This document shows, piece after piece, positions 1-6,381 of a stretch of DNA of 6,381 nucleotides. The position numbers and the translations under genes are program-made. Under the pieces are notes generated by a model. That model was not told the origin of the DNA, did no database searches, and saw only the letters and a list, made by a program, of their open reading frames with translations. The DNA is taken from positions 1-6,381 of the forward strand of contig JAKLZA010000107.1 in the NCBI GenBank assembly GCA_030704615.1. Direction: 5' to 3'. Numbering within the stretch: position 1 is the stretch's first letter; the number at the start of each line of letters is the position of its first letter. The stretch comes from Takakia lepidozioides (Eukaryota; Plantae; Bryophyta).

Positions 1-1261
1 GGTGCCTAGCCGAGCTTATCTGCTTTGGTTTTGCACCTGGCCCTCACCCACCCACCCTCGCTCCTTGATAATATCCTGTGCTTGTTGAAAGCGACTCTTC
101 AATTGCCCTCTGGCGAGGGGTGCTCATGCTTTCCGATGTGATGCTGCTCGGTGCACTCTGGGTGGGCCCGACGGATCCCGACGTAGTACTGCTTTGGCGT
201 TGCACACTGCCATGCCCCGTAGTGGCTGCGTTGCAAGGGCACACACAACTTGAACGTCCCTGCAGGACTCTACCTTGAGGCCAAAAATGTGTCGACGAAT
301 TGCCAATCCCGTCATCTCTTCCTGTGCCATTTGCTAGTGGTAATTGGTAACATGTGCTCCGAGAACATTTAAGATGGCCCAGCACACACAATACATATCC
401 TCCTCGAGGTTTGACGATGAAGTTTTGGTGACCACCAAGGGTCCGTCATGTTGTCCCTCCTGTTCATTCCTGCGAGCATGCCGTCGGGCCTCGCCTGCCG
501 CATGGAGGGAACTCGTAGATAGCATTCCCTCCCAACTCAGGCAAAGTTTCCACAGATGGATTGGAGTTTTGTCGTAATCCATCCTAAGAATGTCACTGGA
601 GCGGAACCCGTTGTCTTCATCCTTTGCAATATTTCGATTACTGAGCGGACGAAGTTGAGTCGGACGGTTTTAATGCTGAACACTCCTAGTGACGGACGAC
701 TTCGAAAATAACGATGAATGACCATACCTTCTTCATCGTCACTTCGTCACGGGATAAGTCCTCTGGAGCGACGGTTTCCTCCCTGTTTTCCTGATTTCCC
801 TTTTCACTTTGTGCTTCTTCTGCTTGTGAAGAGGTGCCCCACATCCTTCACATCTTGCACGCCATAAAGACCCTCTTGTGGAGGAGGATCAACCAAGTTC
901 CAGCGTGGGAACTCTTTAGGCACGATTTTCACAACCAATGGCACTGTACCGGATGGATTCAGAAGCTGGGAGCGCCTCCACTCTTTGCCTTTTCCGAAAT
1001 CTTCATGCAAATGACGGCACTTTCCAGAAAATTTCCATAAGCATCCTTCGTCTCCTCTTCCAAAAACAACCGTTCCAGGCGCGGAGCCCGAACTTCACAC
1101 ACATTACTGCTCAGTGACAATCGCAAATCCTTGGTCGGCAGGGTATTTTAGCTTTCAGAGAATCAGGATGGAAGTACACGTTGACCCAAACACGGGAGTT
1201 TCCATTTGAAGACGGGATCTCGCGAGGACCCACCTCTTCGGTAACGCTCCGCAGCGAAGTC
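1..1261 (-). CDS. Exon 2 (runs off left edge) of an uncharacterised Cys/His-rich protein; multiply frameshifted as given
   Basis: Begins after acceptor tttctcattgcag| (AG ends at 1262). Stitched frames read DFAAERYRRGGSSRDPVFKW..SRVWVNVYFHPDS..ADQGFAIVTEQ..VKFG..; FVRSVIEILQRMKTTGSAPVTFL/RMDYDKTPIHLWKLC..YEFPPCGRRGPTACSQ..NRRDNMTDPWW..EEDMYCVC..; RDDGIGNSSTHFWPQGRVLQGRSSCVCPC..; LARGQLKSRFQQAQDIIKERGWVGEGQ. Pieces lie partly in listed ORFs 537-725, 334-582 and 44-391. Confidence 0.6.
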
Positions 1262-1407
1262 CTGCAATGAGAAAGTGTGTGTCCTCACCTAATAACACAA
1301 ATGATTTTCTGGAGGATTCCTTATCCAACATGATGGTGATCATGCACGTAAAGATAAGGTGTGTAACGTACGTTAAAAAACGGACGAAAACAGCAAGTTC
1401 ACAATCG

Positions 1408-2409
1408 GATATTTGGTGCGAATTGTAATGTACAACCACTTGGGGTACAATAAATCAGCCTTCCATGAATTTCGGCAACCGAAATCTGGATGAACATCTC
1501 TGTCATGTAACAGCTTTGGAAGCCAGGGATGGAAATTCTGGCAACAGAAATCGTAATTTGTTTACCTCATTAAACTGACCAAGCACCCAACGGATGGATT
1601 TTCGTTGCCGAAATTCGGATGAACTTCTTCTTCTTAAATTGTATCTGGCCATATGGGTTGAATTTTAGATGCCAAAATACGGATAATGTGTTCCTGATTA
1701 CAGTCGTTATTGACCACGTGTCCGATATCGGTGCCGACTTCCGAATGACAGTAATCCTTATTCGGCAAGAATGGATGTATTTCGGCGCCGAAATTCATTC
1801 TTCATCCTTTTCCGACCCTAATTCTGCCGGCCCTGCGTATGGATTTCGGTGCCAGAATTCATCGGAAGTCTTTTCTGTTTTTATTTTTCTTTCTTTGCGA
1901 CAGATGAACTTTGGCGCCGAATCTCATCCAAGTACTATCTTCCTCCCTTTTAATTTTCCTTTTTCTTCGAGAGCAAAAAAATGAATTTCACACACTTCCC
2001 ACAGCGCCGAAATTCAACCACAATCCTCCCGATTTTATTTTTTTCTTCGCGAGCATTGAATTTTCGGCGCCGAAATTCATTCCAATCCAGGAGATATTTT
2101 TTATTTTTCTTCGCGAGCAATGAATTTCGGCGCCGAAATTCATCCGAAGTCCTCCCCAATTTTTTTATTTTCCTTCGCGAGCAATGATTTCGGCGCCGAA
2201 ATTCATCCGAAGTCCTCCAGAAATTTTTTTTTCCTTCACACGAGCAATGAATTTCGGCGCCGAAATTCATCCAATGCCTTCCCTCCAATATTATTTTTCT
2301 TTAAAATGGATCAATTTCGGCGCCGAAATTCATCTTCTGTCCGCAATGAGTACTCTAATATTACATTTTCTATGCGACGGATGAAATGATTTCGGCGCCG
2401 AATTCGTCC
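1408..2409. repeat. Array A: ~16 copies of the palindrome ATGAATTTCGGCGCCGAAATTCAT at ~63-bp period
   Basis: Cores (GGCGCC or variant) at about 1415, 1474, 1540, 1604, 1668, 1730, 1784, 1848, 1913, 2003, 2066, 2129, 2192, 2256, 2319 and 2394. Perfect 24-mers at 2120-2143 and 2247-2270. Central spacers share T-tracts and CTTCGCGAGCA. Confidence 0.95.
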
Positions 2410-2632
2410 AAACCCCGGCACTTACTTTTGGCTTTTGGATGATAATTTTCCGTAAATCGTTGGAAATACCCCGTTCCGACGAATATAGCAGGAATATTCT
2501 GCATTTAATGGAGAAATCGGCATATTAAACCACTTCTGTCAAAATTAATTGCATTTTAGCCTTTTTTTTTCATTTGAAACCGACAGTATCCATGAAGTGG
2601 TCTTTTTCGCACGGGGACGTTGCCGCACTAGT

Positions 2633-3213
2633 ATAATTTCGGCGCCGAAATTATTAGTTAAATGTCCAGAAATGGCAAGTCCAACAGGCATGGACCAGCA
2701 TCCGTCAGGGGCAATGATGGCGGCAAGCATAGCATCGTGCCGATTTAGTCTTCGCTCTGGATGAATTTCGGCGCCCAAATATGGATGATTTCACCTCGTC
2801 TACGCGCGGACGGACATATTCGTAAATGAATTTCGGCGCCGAAATAGGGATGAAAATGTGCCCGAAGTGCAGCCGTTTCCGTTGTCCCGGATTAATTCCG
2901 GCTCCGATATCCCACGACCGGTTTGCTCATGACGAATGAGACTTTGGAAGCGATGAATTTCGGCGCAAAATGGATGATTTCACCTCGTCTACGCGCGGAC
3001 GACATATCGTATGAATTTCGGCGCCGAAATATGGATGAAATGTGCCGAAGTGCAGCCGTTTCCGTTGTCCCGGAATTAATTCCGCTCCGATATCCCACTG
3101 ACAGGTTTTGCTCATCGAATGAGGACTAGAAGCGATGAATTTCCTCGCCGAAATTTGTAAGTTTGTGTATGAAAGCACTTGAATGGATGAATTTCGGGCG
3201 CCGAAATTCATCC
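2633..3213. repeat. Array B: ~9 copies of the same palindrome
   Basis: Cores at about 2641, 2770, 2835, 2900, 2962, 3020, 3083, 3144 and 3197; spacing 53-65 bp from 2770 onward. Confidence 0.9.
2761..3134 (+). repeat. Tandem duplication of a ~185-190 bp unit (three ~63-bp monomers; higher-order repeat)
   Basis: 2761-2952 and 2953-3134 align end to end, e.g. TGGATGATTTCACCTCGTCTACGCGCGGAC and CCGAAGTGCAGCCGTTTCCGTTGTCCCGGA occur in both. Differences are mostly 1-2 bp indels. Confidence 0.95.
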
Positions 3214-3231
3214 GTCCGCTATGAAACGTAC

Positions 3232-3635
3232 CGACCTGACGTTGAATTCATATGCAGGGGATTTCATGCGGTTGGGTTTCATGATTTCGGATATTTCATT
3301 CAATGCCGGCTGCTCCGGGAACCGCATCCGGTGAACGGAACGTATTTCGGTGCCGCAATTCGGATAAACCCGTCAACACTGGTGGCTGGAACTGGCACGC
3401 GTCGTGTTCCAGTCGACTTCATCCGTGCGAACGTGTCAGGGGTCACAATCTCTTCATCACCCATACGGCAGAAAGTGGTGTGGACCGGTGGCCACGCTTT
3501 GGGACCGTGGCTGCTTCGCGTCTGCTCGTGCATAGTGGGTGCATGTTCCACCGCTTCGGTCTCTCCTCGCTCCTTGCCCTTCTGCAGTGACATTCTCCTG
3601 CGTTTCCTCTCCTTATGGCGGCATAGTGGTAGCAT
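3232..3635 (-). CDS. Exon 1 of the Cys/His-rich protein gene
   Basis: ORF 3300-3635(-) (start ATG at 3635, or at 3624 with one indel) reads ..KERKRRRMSLQKGKERG..HGPKAWPPVHTTFCRMGDEEIVTPDTFARMKSTG..GFIRIAAPKYVPF. After one frameshift it continues LNEISEIMKPNRMKSPAYEFNVRS up to the GTACGT donor. A pyrimidine-rich leader lies upstream on the minus strand. Confidence 0.55.
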
Positions 3636-3873
3636 AGAGTTTGTGGAAGGTCAGGCGACTCCGGCAAAGAGGAGGACGCGGGATTTTGGGAAGCCGCCGA
3701 CGACACGACTTAAGCTCCGTCTCATGCATGAAATGCAGACGTCGTTATCCCGAGATTCGGATCGCCCACCAGTGAGAGATTCGTGCTTCGCGGATGTGAA
3801 GCACTCCATACGCATATTTCCTTTTACACCCTTTGTTTTGGCGTGCAGTGTCTCATGTTTCCTTTTTGTTGAC
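3636..3873. promoter_or_regulatory. Putative compact bidirectional promoter and 5'UTRs
   Basis: 238 bp between two inferred divergent ATGs. Each ATG is preceded by a pyrimidine-rich leader on its own strand. Contains palindrome TCATGCATGA (3722-3731), GACGTC (3738-3743) and hairpin GTGCTTCGC-GGAT-GTGAAGCAC (3783-3804). Confidence 0.4.
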
Positions 3874-5810
3874 ATGGGAGCTGGGGAGGATCGCAGGGGG
3901 GCGAGGCAACACAGTCAACTTTGGATACTCCTGCCCGGGTGCTGGCGCTCACAAGGTGGAAGTGCATCGAGGCAGACGAGTCCTCATTCAACACCTCAGA
4001 TATCGCCTCCGAAAAGCCCACCCTAGAGTTCGGAAGCCGAGAAAGCAGAAGGAGCCCATGGCTTCGCCAGTAAAACCCCTAGGGAGACTGGAAGCGGAGA
4101 TATTGGGTTTGCAGTCAATTTCAGAAACACAGATGCGGTGGAGGCCGCTGGAGATGTGGGAGTCGGATCTGCAGAAGGGCGGCCCATTCAACTGACAGAA
4201 GGAGAGGACGATAACGTGGTACGACTTGGCGACGATCAGAACCTCTGGAGCTTGCGGAGGAGCAAAACCTCCAGGACAGTACACAGGCTGTTGAGAGGGG
4301 TGAGGGAAGTGACAGAGGTGATACAAGTAAGAACTGGTGGCGGGTATGCTTATGAGCGCACGAGACATGAACATAGCAGCAAACAGGTTGCTGGCAGAGA
4401 CTCATAGCAACATAGGCCGCGTTTTGGGCTCCATGGGTGTTCCGAGAACCTTAAAGTTCCTTTGTGTCGCATGGTAAGCCTTCCAGTTGTAAGGCAAGCA
4501 CTGCAAGGGATATCGATCGACTGAAGCACAACTTCAGAGAAGGGTCACGGGGGTCGGCAGCATTCTAACGTTTCCATTGAGAATGACCAGGGTGTCACAA
4601 GGGGCCCCACTGCAGAGGAGCTTCCAGAAATTGGGGCCCCCACTGGCAACACCGTTAATGCCGAGTTTGAAGCCTATCTGAAGACTATAATCCCACATTC
4701 GCACACATGGAAGGGAGATGTTCTTCGTTTGGGACGGGGAACCACAGGATGCTTGCCTGGACAGAGTACATTGCTGCAATGCATCCGCAAGATATCAGTT
4801 GGCATTACATGTTGGACTGCATTGTCGTGAAGGTGGACGTCAGGGACAGAGGACTGTTGAAGGGTGCCATGGCGGATATAAATCTGTAAGTATACAATTA
4901 CATCCTTGTGTACTGCCTATTTTGCGGCGCCGAAATAGGCAATGTTCACCACTGTCATGCACTCTATGAACTGGAAATTGGATTGCTGTGCCGAAATCAT
5001 ATTTTTCTGTTTTTTTTTTCTCCATGCAGGGTAACAGAGAGGGCCTTTGTGAAACTCATCTGGCACATACGCTCTACAGAAGTCAAAAGTGGGGACAGCT
5101 CCGCTGACGGACTTCCAAAAGTCCCTCGATCCCGAGCTGTACAGGAATCCCTAGCGAAAGCAGATCGCACCTGGTACACCGACCAACCTGGACGCCATGG
5201 TTGAGATCCTCTATTCGGTGAGGTTCATCTCAATTTCAGTATCAATTTAATGTTATTTGTTGCAGGGATCCGTGGCCTGACTGTATCTGCTGGGTATGGG
5301 AATGCAGACGAACATCAGGGATGACTTGGCCTATGCCAAAAGGCAGTTCTTTGAGAATGATGCCCCCAACAAGGCGGACGCGTGCGATAGAGAGTCATAT
5401 TGTGCAGGCAGGGAAGCAATCCCGGACCAAGTACAGGTCCAAACTTGTTAAGCAAGTTGCATTCATCGCTGACCCTGGCTTGGTGCCGAGTTCCTGGCGG
5501 AGATAGGACTGCATAACTCCAGACCCATGAAACCGGAAATGTCCATGGAGAAACTTCATCACATCGCAGTGTCCTGTGTTGAGCCGGCGGAGAAGGTAAG
5601 CATGTTTTTATTCTTGTTTTGTTACTTCTGTGACTTCTCGCGATTCTTATGTGTGAGCTCTTGTCTGACCGATGTGAGGTGGCTGCAGACGAGGTGGCCC
5701 TTGCGAATCTGGAACGGCCATACAAACACGAAGCTGCTGTACACTTTCCCATCGAGCCAACAGACGACAAAATGAACGACGGGCTCAATTTCATGACTTG
5801 GTGGCATCAG
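3874..5810 (+). CDS. Multi-exon gene for a ParB/Srx (ParB N-terminal/DGQHR-like) domain protein; frameshifted as given, 3'-truncated. Exons ~3874-4885, 5030-5217, 5266-5595, 5658-5810
   Basis: gacATGG start at 3874 and a low-complexity N-terminus. Stitched frames then read LKVPLCRMVSLPVVRQALQ/DIDRLKHNFREG..GSAAF/VSIENDQG..GPHW..TVNAEFEAYLK..MFFVWDG/NHRMLAWTEYIAAMHPQDISWHYMLDCIVVKVDVRDRGLLKGAMADINL|VTERAFVK/HLAHTLYRSQKWGQ..RTWY/TNLDAMVEILYS|..VAFIADPGL..MSMEKLHHIAVSCVEPAEK|LLSDR..NFMTWWHQ|. GNHRMLA fits the ParB GxxRxxA motif. Confidence 0.7.
4886..5029 (+). other. Intron (144 bp) with two palindrome units
   Basis: GTAAGT donor, long polypyrimidine tract and TGCAG acceptor. The phase-2 join CT|G keeps the frame (DINL-VTER). 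Palindrome cores at 4926 and ~4987. Confidence 0.8.
5218..5265 (+). other. Short intron (48 bp)
   Basis: TCG|GTGAGG...TTATTTGTTGCAG; AT-rich relative to flanks. Confidence 0.7.
5596..5657 (+). other. Short intron (~62 bp)
   Basis: AAG|GTAAGC donor and T-rich body. The acceptor at 5657 is a less typical GAG, but it opens a 51-codon phase-0 exon ending in CAG|GTATAA at 5810/5811. Confidence 0.6.
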
Positions 5811-5826
5811 GTATAATTTTCTCCTA

Positions 5827-6381
5827 TTCTTTAATTGCGGGAACCCGGGCACATGGCAAAAAAGTGCGCGAAACCCCGACAATTGAACATGACTCGGCAA
5901 CCACGGAGTTGTCCGAGGATTCCATTAGCCGCTTGGGTGGGGCAGTGGTCGCCAAAACTGGCAAGGTAGGCAACTACTCTTGTGATTGTATAAGAAACTG
6001 ACGCCTTGCGTAAAGGGAGCCAGTTAAGTTTGTGAGTGGGATAATCTCCGGAACTAACGTGTCGTTTGTTGGTGGACACAGGAGCGTCGCACTCCTTCAT
6101 GACACCGGCAATGGCGCGGAAGCTGGGACTCCGAGACAAGTGATGTGGGGGCCTCTATTGAGGTGCGTTCTGCCAAAGAAGAAACATTATTGACGACGAG
6201 GTTGGCGTTCGATGTTCCTCTTCAGCTGGGGAGTTGGGAGGGACGTGAGAACCTTCACCTTTGCGAGATCGATGGAGTGGATCTCATTTTGGGGATGACC
6301 TTTTTGAGCAGATCCAGAGCGGTCATAGATGGCGCAAGAGAGTAGTCACGCTAACCGTTGGGAATGGTGGCAAAGTTTTAT
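5827..6381 (+). mobile_element. Ty3/Gypsy LTR-retrotransposon internal fragment: end of gag (CCHC knuckle) plus retropepsin aspartic protease, frameshifted
   Basis: FNCGNP/GHMAKKC zinc knuckle at ~5830-5867 (first Cys missing). LVDTGASHSFMTPAMARKLGL has catalytic DTG at 6075-6083. DLILGMTFL at 6280-6306 matches the Gypsy protease C-terminal D-x-I-L-G-M-x-W/F-L motif. Confidence 0.9.

Larger units (their letters stand above)
1262..3231 (-). other. Spliceosomal intron (~1970 bp) containing the palindrome arrays
   Basis: Minus-strand donor TCG|GTACGT (G at 3231) and acceptor TTTCTCATTGCAG|G (ends at 1262). The phase-0 join reads ...MKSPAYEFNVRS|DFAAERYRRGG... without a stop. Confidence 0.6.
1..5826. 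mobile_element. Putative unclassified DNA mobile element (partial): divergent Cys/His-rich gene and ParB/Srx-like gene sharing intronic palindromic repeats
   Basis: Compact divergent gene pair; the same palindromic motif occurs in introns of both genes; adjacent to a Gypsy fragment. No termini, TSD or catalytic transposase motif is visible, so mobility is inferred. Confidence 0.45.

Noticed and set aside
676-727. Possible 52-bp minus-strand intron (AG|GTATGG...TTCAG)
   Set aside because: The region is open as part of ORF 537-725 and the phase cannot be resolved given the indel noise.
1775-2409. CRISPR array (24-bp palindromic repeats with ~40-bp spacers)
   Set aside because: Central spacers are homologous to each other (T-tracts, CTTCGCGAGCA). 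The repeat is a full perfect palindrome with no loop or handle. There are no cas genes or leader, and the context is a eukaryotic intron.
2626-2640. CACTAGTATAA as a CACTA transposon terminus with subterminal repeats
   Set aside because: No matching TIR or TSD was found, and repeats lie on both sides of it. It is inside a predicted intron, no TnpD-like ORF is seen, and a 5-7 bp match is expected by chance.
1619-3211. ORFs with repeated MNFGAEIH or EFRRRNS peptides on both strands
   Set aside because: They are translations of the palindrome: ATG lies at both arms and the 63-bp period is a multiple of 3. The same peptides appear on both strands.
3384-3414. Hairpin CTGGAAC...GTTCCAG as a terminator or element end
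   Set aside because: It is a 7-bp stem inside a predicted exon with no U-tract and is plausible by chance.
3163-4026. Longest ORF (287 aa, + strand) as a gene
   Set aside because: It starts in the repeat, runs antisense to predicted exon 1 and crosses the intergenic region. Only the part from 3874 may be coding.
5315-5794. 159-aa minus-strand ORF
   Set aside because: It is an antisense shadow of plus-strand exons and an intron, with no recognisable motif.
3874-5810. Bacterial or plasmid parB contamination
   Set aside because: The gene has GT-AG introns with polypyrimidine tracts and adjoins a Gypsy retroelement; there is no parA or operon structure.

Overview
Eukaryotic DNA with spliceosomal introns. 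Very short introns and mid GC suggest a non-seed land plant such as a lycophyte or bryophyte (inference). Single-base indels are dense, most likely long-read error, and they fragment the ORF track. Correcting frames by eye gives a head-to-head two-gene cassette. (1) A minus-strand gene for a Cys/His-rich protein (3635 to <1), whose ~1.97-kb intron (1262-3231) holds ~25 copies of the palindrome ATGAATTTCGGCGCCGAAATTCAT at ~63-bp period. (2) About 240 bp away, a plus-strand multi-exon gene (3874 to >5810) encoding a ParB/Srx-fold domain (FFVWDGNHRMLAW = GxxRxxA), whose first identifiable intron carries the same palindrome. This gene is cut off at ~5827 by an LTR-less junction to a Ty3/Gypsy gag zinc-knuckle plus aspartic protease fragment. 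Best hypothesis: part of an unclassified plant mobile element pairing a ParB-like protein with phased parS/NBS-like palindromic sites. No searches were run; family-level calls rest on motif recognition.
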